A DNA stretch of 64,000 bases, taken from Candidatus Saccharimonadales bacterium. GTDB lineage: Bacteria > Patescibacteriota > Saccharimonadia > Saccharimonadales > JANWIN01. Position numbers and translations under genes: made by a program. A model generated the notes under the pieces. The model was not told where the DNA came from, made no database searches, and saw only the letters and a list, made by a program, of their open reading frames with translations. Location of the stretch: positions 4,642 through 68,641 of the forward strand of contig JANWIN010000008.1 in NCBI GenBank assembly GCA_025449905.1, written 5' to 3'. Of the stretch, positions 20,545 to 29,406 are shown piece by piece. Each line of letters begins with the position of its first letter. Within the stretch, counting starts at the first letter, position 1.

Positions 20545-20940
20545 ATGGCTGCTAATTATACCTATGCTTTAGGCCGACGTAAAAGTGCTACTGCCAGGGT
20601 CCGTCTGACTCGCGGTAAGGGTCAGGTTACGATTAATGGTAAACCCGCAGAAGAATATGTAAAGAACAGCAAATACCTCTTAAAAGTGCTACAAGAGCCG
20701 TTCACTGCAATTGAGCAGAACAATAATTATGATGTTAGTGCTAAGGTAACCGGTGGCGGAACCAGCGGTCAGATTGATGCTATTCGTCTAGGAATTGCCA
20801 AAGCTCTTGCGACTTCTAATGACGATCTGCGCAGTACTTTACGCCGTGCTGAACTACTTGGCCGCGATCCGCGCGAGAAGGAACGAAAGAAATTCGGCCT
20901 CAAAGGCGCTCGTAAGAAACGACAATTCACCAAGAGGTAG
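20545..20940 (+). CDS. rpsI: 30S ribosomal protein S9
   Basis: GRRKSATARV, GGGTSGQ, ERKKFGL..AR..QFTKR. Confidence 0.98.
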   Translation: MAANYTYALGRRKSATARVRLTRGKGQVTINGKPAEEYVKNSKYLLKVLQEPFTAIEQNNNYDVSAKVTGGGTSGQIDAIRLGIAKALATSNDDLRSTLRRAELLGRDPREKERKKFGLKGARKKRQFTKR

Positions 20941-20944
20941 ATCC

Positions 20945-22078
20945 ATGGTCTTAGACACCCAAACAGCACTGGAATATTACTGGGCGCTAGATTCAATGTC
21001 AGCCGAAGTGTTTGCTTCAAGAATGGATGCTGCCGGCCAATCTCGGCGTTTAGAAGCTATCTATTCTCCTCTTGGCGAAATCGCAATTGATGATACCGTA
21101 GGCATGAGTCGGGATCGAATTGGCGCCATCTTTAGAGGCGAATCCAAAGAAAAGCTAATTGCCTTTGGACCTTGTTCGGATGGAAATGAACAGGATTTAC
21201 CGGTGCAATTAGATGAACTGTTTGATTTCATCGAAAAACTTCAAGAAACTTATCCAGGTGCACTTTTTGCAGTCAGGCTAAACGGCGCCAAACCTCGTAC
21301 CGGCCCCGACTGGACAGGCTCGTACTATAGCCTTAACCCTAACTCCAGAATGCACCTCATTGAACACTATATATCTGCAGCCAACCGAGGCATTCCTGCT
21401 CTTAGTGAAATAACACAAGAATCACAACTTGGCTTATTGGCACCATACCTAAGTGCTGCGTGGCTTGGAGCAAGAGATATGCAATCAACCACTCTGCGAA
21501 CTGCCCTTTCGGCTTATCATTTGCCAGCAGGTGTCAAAAATAGCATAAGCGGCCAGCCAAAGACCGTAGAAGATGCCGTCAGAACTATTAGAAGCAATTC
21601 TAAGGATAGAGGTAATACGGGTGTAGAACTTACTATTGCTGGACATATGGCGGATGTACCGCTGCCAGTTGGGCAAGGCAATAAAGACGTTGCAATTTTT
21701 GCTAGAGGACATGAGCTACGTAAAGGTACTTTAGCCGAGGAGGGACGAGCACTTGCCTTAGAGCATCTAGGTATAATGTGCACATTAGGTGTAGAGTTGG
21801 GTGCGACAGTCATTATTGATGGCTCACATGACGTACCAAAAATGTTTAACTTAGCTACGAGCGAGGGAAAAAAAGACCCTGACCGATTAGTCCCTGTTTT
21901 GCGTGAAATCCATAGAGGAATTGAAGAAGAAAGAGTAGAGAATGCTAGTCAGATTGGGGGTCTGATAGGCGAGGTTGGGCCTGACGTAGGCGACACAGAC
22001 CCAAACTTTATCTTGGACGAGGCGCATAAAGAACAGCTAATGAAAGTCGTTGACGAGTTCCTTAACCTAGAAATATAG
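20945..22078 (+). CDS. Divergent class I DAHP synthase-like protein (AroF/G/H family)
   Basis: GPCS, KPRT..W.G, WLGAR, GVKN, DGSH, TDP motifs. Confidence 0.75.
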   Translation: MVLDTQTALEYYWALDSMSAEVFASRMDAAGQSRRLEAIYSPLGEIAIDDTVGMSRDRIGAIFRGESKEKLIAFGPCSDGNEQDLPVQLDELFDFIEKLQETYPGALFAVRLNGAKPRTGPDWTGSYYSLNPNSRMHLIEHYISAANRGIPALSEITQESQLGLLAPYLSAAWLGARDMQSTTLRTALSAYHLPAGVKNSISGQPKTVEDAVRTIRSNSKDRGNTGVELTIAGHMADVPLPVGQGNKDVAIFARGHELRKGTLAEEGRALALEHLGIMCTLGVELGATVIIDGSHDVPKMFNLATSEGKKDPDRLVPVLREIHRGIEEERVENASQIGGLIGEVGPDVGDTDPNFILDEAHKEQLMKVVDEFLNLEI

Positions 22079-22116
22079 ACGTTGACAAAGTTATTATTTG
22101 TAGTATATTAGTTTTT

Positions 22117-22191
22117 ATGTCTAAAATGACAATCAACAATTCATTTTGGTTTACCGACACAACTCGTGGCGGTTTATTCCGTATGTTCTAA
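22117..22191 (+). CDS. Attenuator leader peptide (Trp/Phe)
   Basis: MSKMTINNSFWFTDTTRGGLFRMF*; follows TTGACA-16-TATATT promoter (22082-22109). Confidence 0.7.
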   Translation: MSKMTINNSFWFTDTTRGGLFRMF

Positions 22192-22213
22192 GATTGTCTA
22201 AAACCTATCGAAG

Positions 22214-22237
22214 AAGCCGCCACCAAGGCGGTTTTTT
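22214..22237 (+). terminator. Attenuator terminator hairpin
   Basis: AAGCCGCC-ACCAA-GGCGGTTTTTT; antiterminator GTGGCGGTTT at 22166-22175. Confidence 0.75.
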
Positions 22238-22274
22238 AATAATTTAAGTAATAATTTAAGAAAGGAATATAACA

Positions 22275-22493
22275 ATGGATAAAGATAAAAGGCCTAGGGG
22301 CATGATGATCATACCCCCTGGAGGAACAGAAGGTCTGATAGAAGACAAAGCAGAAATTGAGCGTTTAGATGCAGGACAATCTCAAAACCAAGATTTAGAA
22401 GTTGGAACGGAGCAAAATATTGGTACTGTCGCAACCAAAGCAGAGGCAGACAGATCTAATTCCCCATATTTCGTAAAACGTGCAGGAATTTAA
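22275..22493 (+). CDS. Orphan 72-aa protein downstream of the Trp/Phe attenuator
   Basis: AAGGA SD, ATG; no recognised motif. Confidence 0.6.
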   Translation: MDKDKRPRGMMIIPPGGTEGLIEDKAEIERLDAGQSQNQDLEVGTEQNIGTVATKAEADRSNSPYFVKRAGI

Positions 22494-22508
22494 GATATAA
22501 TTACAACA

Positions 22509-23768
22509 ATGAGTAAACCGGTAATACTTACAGGTCTTAGAGCTAATAACGACCTCCACCTAGGTAATTATTTGGGGGCCTTGCTACCTATGGTTGACAT
22601 GGCTAACAAACAAGCTGGCGAGCATCAAATTAATCTGTTCGTACCTGATTTACACAGCTTTACGACACCAATCGACCATTCTAAGCTTTACCAGCAAAGC
22701 ATTGATAATGTGAAAGTCTTTGTAGCTACCGGACTTCATATCGGACACGAAAATGTACACATATACCGTCAAAGTTTTATTCCAGCCCATTCGGAGCTGG
22801 CTATCATCCTTAATAGCTTTGTGGGCGTTGGTGAAATGGAGAGAATGACACAATACAAAGAAAAGATAGCAAGTTCAGTTGAAAAAGAAAGAGAGTTCGC
22901 TAAACACCTAGAGGAGCTATTCAGAAAAAATATAAATGAAAATAACGAGGTAAATGATGCAGTGGAAAGGATGACACAGTATAAGAAAAGAATTAAAATA
23001 AATGAAAAAAAATACTTAAGCCAACAAAAATATATGCAAAGTCTATCTGACATTGTTTTAGAAACAGAAAAAGGTGACATTTTCAACATTGAAGTCAAAT
23101 CAAAAAAAGATATTGGACCATCGGTAGGCCTTTTTGATTATCCTGTGTTGATGGCGGCTGATATTCTGCTTTATGGCGCCTCATATGTGCCCGTTGGCGA
23201 TGATCAGACTCAGCATCTAGAATTTACCCGCAATATAGCTGAGCGAATGAATAAAAAGTTTGGCGAGCTGTTTGTTGTGCCAAACCCTGTTGCTGAGCAG
23301 CACAAATTCTTTGGAAAAGACCAAGGTTTGCGCATTCGCGACCTTCTAGATCCAAATAAAAAGATGAGCAAATCCGACGACACCGGCAAAGGTGTGATTT
23401 TCTTAAGTGACAAGCCCGAAGAAGCAGCAAAAAAAGTAATGTCAGCTACTACGGATAGCCTTAATAAAATTGCACTGGATTTTGAGAAGCAACCTGGAGT
23501 TAGTAATTTATTGCAAATACATGCCTTGCTTTCTGGCGAAACTCTAGACGCCGTCACTAAACATCACGGTGGGGAAACAAACTACAGCGACCTTAAAAAA
23601 GAGGTGGCAGAACAAGTTAAAGAGTTCTTAAATGACTTCCAGGCAAAACTTTCAGCTGTAAACGAGCACGAAGTTATCAAAAAGCTGGAAGCCAGCGAAG
23701 CTGAAATGAATAGACAAGCCAACGAGACCCTAGCCAAGGTTCAAAAAGCCGTAGGCCTGCGCAAATAA
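22509..23768 (+). CDS. trpS: Tryptophan--tRNA ligase with internal insertion
   Basis: HLGNY, DLHS, YPVLMAADIL, VPVGDDQ, KMSKS. Confidence 0.97.
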   Translation: MSKPVILTGLRANNDLHLGNYLGALLPMVDMANKQAGEHQINLFVPDLHSFTTPIDHSKLYQQSIDNVKVFVATGLHIGHENVHIYRQSFIPAHSELAIILNSFVGVGEMERMTQYKEKIASSVEKEREFAKHLEELFRKNINENNEVNDAVERMTQYKKRIKINEKKYLSQQKYMQSLSDIVLETEKGDIFNIEVKSKKDIGPSVGLFDYPVLMAADILLYGASYVPVGDDQTQHLEFTRNIAERMNKKFGELFVVPNPVAEQHKFFGKDQGLRIRDLLDPNKKMSKSDDTGKGVIFLSDKPEEAAKKVMSATTDSLNKIALDFEKQPGVSNLLQIHALLSGETLDAVTKHHGGETNYSDLKKEVAEQVKEFLNDFQAKLSAVNEHEVIKKLEASEAEMNRQANETLAKVQKAVGLRK

Positions 23769-23771
23769 CCT

Positions 23772-24632
23772 ATGTTGAGATTTATCGTTGACGACGAACA
23801 TGACGGTCAGCGCGTGGACGTTTTTGTTGCGGAAAAACTTAAAGACTTGAGCCGATCATTTATTAACCAGTTAGCCGATGATGGTAGGATAAGTATTAAT
23901 AATAAAGTCGTTAAACCAAGCCACAAGTTAAAGATTGGCGACATCATCCAAGTTGATTTTGATCTGGAAACCCTAGAAAATGTACCGAAGGTTGATTTGC
24001 CAATACTTTATGAAGACAATGACGTCTTAGTTCTTGATAAACCAGCAGGGGTCTTGACGCACAGCAAGGGCTCATATAACCCAGAAGCTACTGTTGCTAC
24101 CTTTATTAAGGACAAAATTGCAAATATGGAAGGCAACCGCGGTGGCATTGCTCATCGCCTGGACAGATTTACTTCTGGAGTAATTATTACAGCTAAAAAC
24201 CCTGAAAGTTTAAAGTGGCTTCAAAAACAATTTTCTACCCGGAAAGTCCAAAAAACCTATATTGCCGTAGTTGAAGGAAAAGTTGAGCCGCCAGAGGCCA
24301 TAATTGATATGCCAATTGAACGCAACCCAAAAAAACCGCAGACTTTTAGAACCGGGCCCAACGGCAAACCAGCAATTACTAAATATAAAACCCTAGAATC
24401 AAATGAAAAATATAGTTTATTGCAACTTAGGCCTAAGACAGGTAGAACACATCAACTGCGAGTGCACTTAAAACAGTTAAATCATCCGATTGTTGGCGAC
24501 TTACTTTATGGCGGTAAGCCAAGCGACAGGCTCTATTTGCATGCATTGAACTTGAAGTTGACTATGCCGAGCGGTGAACAACGGAAATTTGAAGCCCAAT
24601 TGCCCGATGAATTCAATAAAATGGTTAAATAG
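23772..24632 (+). CDS. RluA/RluD-family pseudouridine synthase
   Basis: S4 domain, DKPAG, HRLDRFTSG, TGRTHQLRVH. Confidence 0.95.
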   Translation: MLRFIVDDEHDGQRVDVFVAEKLKDLSRSFINQLADDGRISINNKVVKPSHKLKIGDIIQVDFDLETLENVPKVDLPILYEDNDVLVLDKPAGVLTHSKGSYNPEATVATFIKDKIANMEGNRGGIAHRLDRFTSGVIITAKNPESLKWLQKQFSTRKVQKTYIAVVEGKVEPPEAIIDMPIERNPKKPQTFRTGPNGKPAITKYKTLESNEKYSLLQLRPKTGRTHQLRVHLKQLNHPIVGDLLYGGKPSDRLYLHALNLKLTMPSGEQRKFEAQLPDEFNKMVK

Positions 24633-24636
24633 ACTC

Positions 24637-25503
24637 ATGGATTTAGTCTTAAACCCAAAGGTTAAGGGTGAAATAGAGCAGTTTTTGAATAAACCATCGC
24701 ATGCTTTGCTGCTAGTTGGGCCCGTAGGTAGCGGGAAAAACACATTAGCAACTTATATTTCCGCCAATATCTTAGATTTAAGCGAAGAAAAGCTAAAACA
24801 TTACCCCCATTTTCTTACGCTGGAACCGGACGGACCCAGCATTTCGATAGACGACATTAGAAAGCTGCACAGCTTTGTAAGCTTGAAAACACCGGGTACA
24901 AAATCGATACGCAGAATAGTGGTAGTTCAAAACGCTCAAACTCTGACAATTGAAGCCCAAAACTCTTTTCTAAAACTCCTAGAGGAACCACCGGCTGATA
25001 CGCTATTTATTATGACCGCTTCAGATACTAATTCACTGCTACCAACGGTCTTATCAAGAGTTAGAAGATTAAACGTTTTGCCACCAGACAGAGTTAAATT
25101 TAACGATTATCTTCAAAATAAAGGTTACAAAGTCAGTGACATAGAACGAGCTTTAAATGTTTCCGGCGGACTGCCTGGGCTAGCGACAGCAATTTTAGAG
25201 GCCGATGAAGAGCACCTGCTGGTTAGTCAGATTGAACGAGCCAAGCAACTAATATCTTCAACTATGTTTGAGAGACTAAACGAAGTTAATAACCTGGCAA
25301 AGAACAAGGATGAACTTCCAACCTTATTAATGGCCATCCGGCGCGTCAGTCGAGCAATGTTAACTCAAGCTGCCGAAAAACACAGCCAAGCCGAAGTCAG
25401 AAAGTGGCACTCAATTTTATCGAATGTTGTGCGATCTGAAGACTTGCTGGGTAAAAACCCCCAGCCAAAGTTGCTACTGACTAACCTCCTCATCCAGTTT
25501 TAA
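24637..25503 (+). CDS. holB: DNA polymerase III delta' subunit
   Basis: GPVGSGK, AQNSFLKLLEEPP, LLPTVLSR. Confidence 0.85.
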   Translation: MDLVLNPKVKGEIEQFLNKPSHALLLVGPVGSGKNTLATYISANILDLSEEKLKHYPHFLTLEPDGPSISIDDIRKLHSFVSLKTPGTKSIRRIVVVQNAQTLTIEAQNSFLKLLEEPPADTLFIMTASDTNSLLPTVLSRVRRLNVLPPDRVKFNDYLQNKGYKVSDIERALNVSGGLPGLATAILEADEEHLLVSQIERAKQLISSTMFERLNEVNNLAKNKDELPTLLMAIRRVSRAMLTQAAEKHSQAEVRKWHSILSNVVRSEDLLGKNPQPKLLLTNLLIQF

Positions 25504-25546
25504 AATTGTACTAGATATTGACGATCGTCACGAAGTTGTACAATTT
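25503..25546. repeat. 44-bp palindromic dispersed repeat, copy 2
   Basis: AAATTGTACTAG-ATAT-TGACGATCGTCA-CGAA-GTTGTACAATTT. Confidence 0.85.
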
Positions 25547-25582
25547 CAGGGGTGATTTGTGGGTTTGCTATAATGAAGTTGC

Positions 25583-26236
25583 ATGTTAGAACTTGCATTA
25601 GTCTTAGGCTTTGGAGCGCTGGCAGTCAGAAGCGCCAAAGTACGAGAAGATGAACTATCCCCATTGCCACGCCGTCTGAGTGACCGTATGGGCAAGCTTT
25701 GGGATATCGCCCATCAGGGCATGCGCGATAATCGGTTTTTGCGAGCTGAAAAAGCCCTTCTAACTATCCTAAAGATTGATCAAAAAAACGCAGCTGCTTA
25801 TAACCGTCTAGGCATTCTATATGCCAAACAAAAAGAATATCGAGACGCGATTGACTGTTTTGAGATAGCTTCCAGCATAGAGGCTACGCCATCGAGCCTC
25901 CATAACCTTGGCTTAATTTATTATGAAACCGAGAATTACGATAAGGCGGCTGTGGCCTTCGAGCAGGCCTTGAAGCTAGAGGATGACCTAGCCGCCAGGC
26001 ACGTGGCTTACGCCAAAGTTCAGGAAAAATTGGGTAACCATAAAATTATGCTGCAAGAGCTAGAGAAGGCGGTTGAACTAGAACCCAACCATGAAACTTT
26101 TAATTTACTTAAAAAGGCTTACGAGAACTTGGGACTTACTGAAGAGGCCAAAGCCGTTGAAAAACGGGTTGATAAAATGATTGTAACTTCAGGTAAGCGT
26201 AAGCGTATGCTTAGGCCGCGTCGAGTTGTAATCTGA
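25583..26236 (+). CDS. Membrane-anchored TPR protein
   Basis: N-terminal hydrophobic segment; AYNRLG..Y and LHNLG..Y TPR patterns. Confidence 0.85.
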   Translation: MLELALVLGFGALAVRSAKVREDELSPLPRRLSDRMGKLWDIAHQGMRDNRFLRAEKALLTILKIDQKNAAAYNRLGILYAKQKEYRDAIDCFEIASSIEATPSSLHNLGLIYYETENYDKAAVAFEQALKLEDDLAARHVAYAKVQEKLGNHKIMLQELEKAVELEPNHETFNLLKKAYENLGLTEEAKAVEKRVDKMIVTSGKRKRMLRPRRVVI

Positions 26237-26268
26237 CCCCTGTTTTGGTAAACTTCAGCAGTATCAGC

Positions 26269-26344
26269 GCCGACGTAGCTCAGTGGCTAGAGCGGCTGTT
26301 TTGTAAACAGCGGGTCGTGGGTTCGAATCCCTCCGTCGGCTCCA
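26269..26344 (+). tRNA. tRNA-Thr(TGT)
   Basis: Cloverleaf, GCTGT-TT-TGT-AA-ACAGC, GTTCGAATC, CCA. Confidence 0.97.
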
Positions 26345-26348
26345 TATT

Positions 26349-26434
26349 GCAGGGTTAGTGAAGCGGTCAAACACGGCAGACTGTAAATCTGTTGGCATTC
26401 GCCTTCGTAGGTTCGAATCCTACACCCTGCACCA
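26349..26434 (+). tRNA. tRNA-Tyr(GTA)
   Basis: Anticodon loop CT-GTA-AA, long variable arm, CCA. Confidence 0.97.
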
Positions 26435-26500
26435 ATTTAGTGGTAAATCGAGCACTTGCAGACTAAGCACTCCGGACTATTGTAATTCCGTAAATTTTTA

Positions 26501-26968
26501 TTATTCCGACTTATTCCTTCGATACCAAGGTTTTTGCGTCAGTGCATAATTTTGAACGCAAGTATCCTCACTACTAGCTATCCACCCGATATGAGAATTC
26601 TCATATAGGAAAAAATATCGCTCCTCTTCGCCCAGTTCATCTACAACTTCTTGTCCGAGGTCTTCGGCAACTCCAAAGAAATCCAGAGTTGTTAAACATA
26701 GCCGTCCACATGTTTTAACAGGACATTGATTTACTTGAACAGGAATTTCACCGTTCCCATTAGAGGACTCTTGGGCTAAATCAGTTTCATTGGAATGTGA
26801 TGCGATGTAATCATCTATCGCAATAGGGAATAAAAAGGAATTGAAAGCATTTCCATCTACATAATTTAGTAATTCAAGTAAACAAGTAGGAGGTCTATCT
26901 GCCTCTAATTGACTTCCTGCTGCATCAGCGAATTTATCATGTAAATCGACAAATTCTTTAAATTCCAT
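26501..26968 (-). CDS. Hypothetical protein
   Basis: 155-aa AT-rich acidic ORF with CPxxxC. Confidence 0.55.
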   Translation of the reverse strand: MEFKEFVDLHDKFADAAGSQLEADRPPTCLLELLNYVDGNAFNSFLFPIAIDDYIASHSNETDLAQESSNGNGEIPVQVNQCPVKTCGRLCLTTLDFFGVAEDLGQEVVDELGEEERYFFLYENSHIGWIASSEDTCVQNYALTQKPWYRRNKSE

Positions 26969-27137
26969 ACCACATTAATAACATTAAGGTGACGATTAGT
27001 CAATAATATCACCTGCACTTCAGATGTATCGAAAAGTGTTTTCAGTTTAACGGACGTAGCTAAAAGATTCCTACGACACCAATCACGCTAAACCAAAAAT
27101 TGACACAGTAGTAATCCAGTATTATAATAGGTTTATT

Positions 27138-27548
27138 ATGGCAAACGAAACTTTATCGCCAATGACTGACGAAGTAGCGCATTTGCGTCAGCAGCTTGCT
27201 GATACTCTAACTCATTTAGAAGAGCATCCAGAAGATGATAGTTCACTTTCTTTGTCACTATATGACTTAAGGAAAGAGGTTAGACACTATGATGCGGTTG
27301 TAAGCGGAGAAATAAGCTCCTTTCAAGTAGACTCACTTGCTGATATCCCTAAAGTACTAGTAGACGTGCGCCGGGCACGACACATGAGCCGAGTAGAGTT
27401 ATCGCAAGCGTGGGGTCTCTCAGAAGAGAATCGTCAGAGGCTTCTTGCTGATGAAGAGAACTTTTATGCCGGAATGTCTTTAGCGGGAGTTGTTTCTGCC
27501 GCAATAATTCTAGGCGCTGAGCTTAAAGGCGATATAAAGGTAGAGTAG
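27138..27548 (+). CDS. Putative XRE-type HTH protein
   Basis: LVDVRRARHMSRVELSQAWG resembles an XRE HTH start; TTGACA-17-TATAAT promoter at 27100-27128. Confidence 0.6.
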   Translation: MANETLSPMTDEVAHLRQQLADTLTHLEEHPEDDSSLSLSLYDLRKEVRHYDAVVSGEISSFQVDSLADIPKVLVDVRRARHMSRVELSQAWGLSEENRQRLLADEENFYAGMSLAGVVSAAIILGAELKGDIKVE

Positions 27549-27630
27549 CTAAGTAGAAAAGTTTCAACTTGTTAGATAACGCTGCACCAAAATTTACCGA
27601 CTTGATCTAAAGTGCTATAGTTAAAAATAG

Positions 27631-27960
27631 ATGGGGGAAACAAAAACTGGCTCAACTGCTTACTTAGCGTACGAAAGAGGTCCATTTACGGTTCGTGTTA
27701 ATGCAGACTCCTGGCGAGCTGAAGAGGATGCCTATCTTTATCTACGTGGACATAATTTTTTTGGTGAAACTTTTCGTAGGCAATATGAAGCTACACTCCC
27801 ATTAGTTATAATTAGACCCCTCACTACTGAGGAGGTGCATATTAGTGGTAATGGCCAAGAGACAAAACTCATTTCTCACCTATTAAACCGAACGCCTGAA
27901 AGGCTAACAGATGCTACGCCAACTCAAGCTGTTCATCTTGGGCAGCTTAGCCTTATTTAA
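27631..27960 (+). CDS. Hypothetical protein
   Basis: 109-aa ORF preceded by extended -10 TGCTATAGT. Confidence 0.5.
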   Translation: MGETKTGSTAYLAYERGPFTVRVNADSWRAEEDAYLYLRGHNFFGETFRRQYEATLPLVIIRPLTTEEVHISGNGQETKLISHLLNRTPERLTDATPTQAVHLGQLSLI

Positions 27961-27995
27961 AGTTAAAAATTATCTCTTGATATAATTTCATAGGT

Positions 27996-28070
27996 GCCGT
28001 CGTAGCTCAGTGGTAGAGCACCTCCATGGTAAGGAGGGGGTCACGAGTTCAACTCTCGTCGACGGCTCCA
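27996..28070 (+). tRNA. tRNA-Thr(GGT)
   Basis: CCTCC-AT-GGT-AA-GGAGG, CCA. Confidence 0.96.
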
Positions 28071-28118
28071 CACTTACTTATTGCATAAACAGCTCACCTC
28101 TGTTAAACTTACAATCTA

Positions 28119-28322
28119 ATGAAATACCTGCAAAAGTCTAATAAGAATAAGAAATGGGCTGGTGTTTGCGGCGGCTTTGCTGAGTATTTTGAAATAGATC
28201 CTACACTAGTCAGAGCCATTTATATCTTTATAACCATAGTTACCGGTATAATTCCCGGTTTGCTGGCATACTTTGTGCTTGCTTGGATAATGCCATCTCA
28301 GGGACAAGCTAAAAATGGCTAA
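28119..28322 (+). CDS. PspC-domain protein
   Basis: AGVCGGFAEYFEIDPTLVR..Y..WIMP. Confidence 0.92.
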   Translation: MKYLQKSNKNKKWAGVCGGFAEYFEIDPTLVRAIYIFITIVTGIIPGLLAYFVLAWIMPSQGQAKNG

Positions 28323-28515
28323 GACAAGCAAGCGTAAAATTGTGGGATTGGTAAGTGAAGCTAGCGGCCACCGCAGTTATTACACGACTAAAAACCCGCA
28401 AAATGTCACTGAGAAACTCAAGCTGCGGAAGTATGACCCAATTGTTAGGAAACATGTGTTCTATGTTGAGACCAAGAAAAACTTAGGCCGCAACGAAGTA
28501 AAACCAAAGAAATAA
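28315..28515 (+). CDS. rpmG: 50S ribosomal protein L33, Cys-free type
   Basis: YYTTKN, KLKLRKYDP..RKHV. Confidence 0.93.
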   Translation: MAKTSKRKIVGLVSEASGHRSYYTTKNPQNVTEKLKLRKYDPIVRKHVFYVETKKNLGRNEVKPKK

Positions 28516-28545
28516 GCTTAAACATACTGTAATATAGGTTGTGTT

Positions 28546-28622
28546 AGGGGTGTAGCTCAGTTGGCTAGAGCGACGGTCTCCAAAACCGTAGGTCGGGGGT
28601 TCAAGTCCCTCCACCCCTGCCA
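28546..28622 (+). tRNA. tRNA-Trp(CCA)
   Basis: ACGGT-CT-CCA-AA-ACCGT, CCA end. Confidence 0.97.
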
Positions 28623-28683
28623 AATTATTAATTGAGGGAATTGAATCCCCTGGCGGGTTAGCGCTGCACGAAGACAGAGCGCT

Positions 28684-28701
28684 GTCCCTCCACCCCTGCC
28701 A
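28684..28701 (+). repeat. Exact 18-bp duplication of the tRNA-Trp 3' end (att-like)
   Basis: GTCCCTCCACCCCTGCCA at 28605-28622 and 28684-28701. Confidence 0.85.
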
Positions 28702-28740
28702 TTTATAAAACTCCTATAATCTGTTATAAATACTATTGAT

Positions 28741-29406
28741 ATGGCTAAGATAAACCTCACAAAACCAATTATTATATTACCGTATGGTTATCCAGGGGCT
28801 GGCAAAACTTATTTTTCGAGCCAGTTAGGCGACTATATCAATATTGCCCATTTAAGTAGTGACCGCTTGCGCCATGAAATAAACGAAAAACCAACTTATA
28901 GCCGGCAGGAAGATGAACTGGTTGAGAGGTTAATGCAGTATTTGGCGGAAGAGTTCCTGCGGGCAGGCACCAGTGTGGCTTATGATGCCAATCTTTCGCG
29001 GCTGGGTACGCGGCGACAATTGCAAGCTATTGCCCGACAGTATCACGCCGTTCCGTTGACTATTTGGTTTCAGATTGATATTGAGGCTGCCTTTTATAGG
29101 ATCGCCAAGCGGGACAGACGTAAAATTGAGGATAAGTACGCTACGCCTTATGACCGCTCAACCTTTGATGATTACTCTAAAACTATGCAAACTCCCCGGA
29201 ACGAGGATTACATAGTACTGAGCGGCAAACACACCTTTAATACTCAAAAGAGTGCATTAGTTAATAAGCTCTATGCCATGGGTCTAATTAGTGGTGATAG
29301 TGCCTCATCACAAGTTATTAAGCCCGGAATGGTAAATCTAGTAGCTTCGCAGCAGCTAAGGGCGGGCCGAGTGGATACATCGCGCCGCAATATAGTTATA
29401 CGCTGA
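28741..29406 (+). CDS. P-loop kinase-like protein (AAA_33-type)
   Basis: GYPGAGKT, LSSDRLR, YDA. Confidence 0.8.
   Translation: MAKINLTKPIIILPYGYPGAGKTYFSSQLGDYINIAHLSSDRLRHEINEKPTYSRQEDELVERLMQYLAEEFLRAGTSVAYDANLSRLGTRRQLQAIARQYHAVPLTIWFQIDIEAAFYRIAKRDRRKIEDKYATPYDRSTFDDYSKTMQTPRNEDYIVLSGKHTFNTQKSALVNKLYAMGLISGDSASSQVIKPGMVNLVASQQLRAGRVDTSRRNIVIR

Noticed and set aside
20795..20944. Extended start of the DAHP-synthase-like ORF
   Set aside because: Overlaps rpsI; ATG at 20945 follows the rpsI stop
22866..23115. Intein or intron in trpS
   Set aside because: No C/S...HN intein ends and no intron core visible; frame is open
26435..28701. Intact prophage or integrative element at the tRNA cluster
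   Set aside because: No integrase, structural or replication genes; only a short att-like repeat
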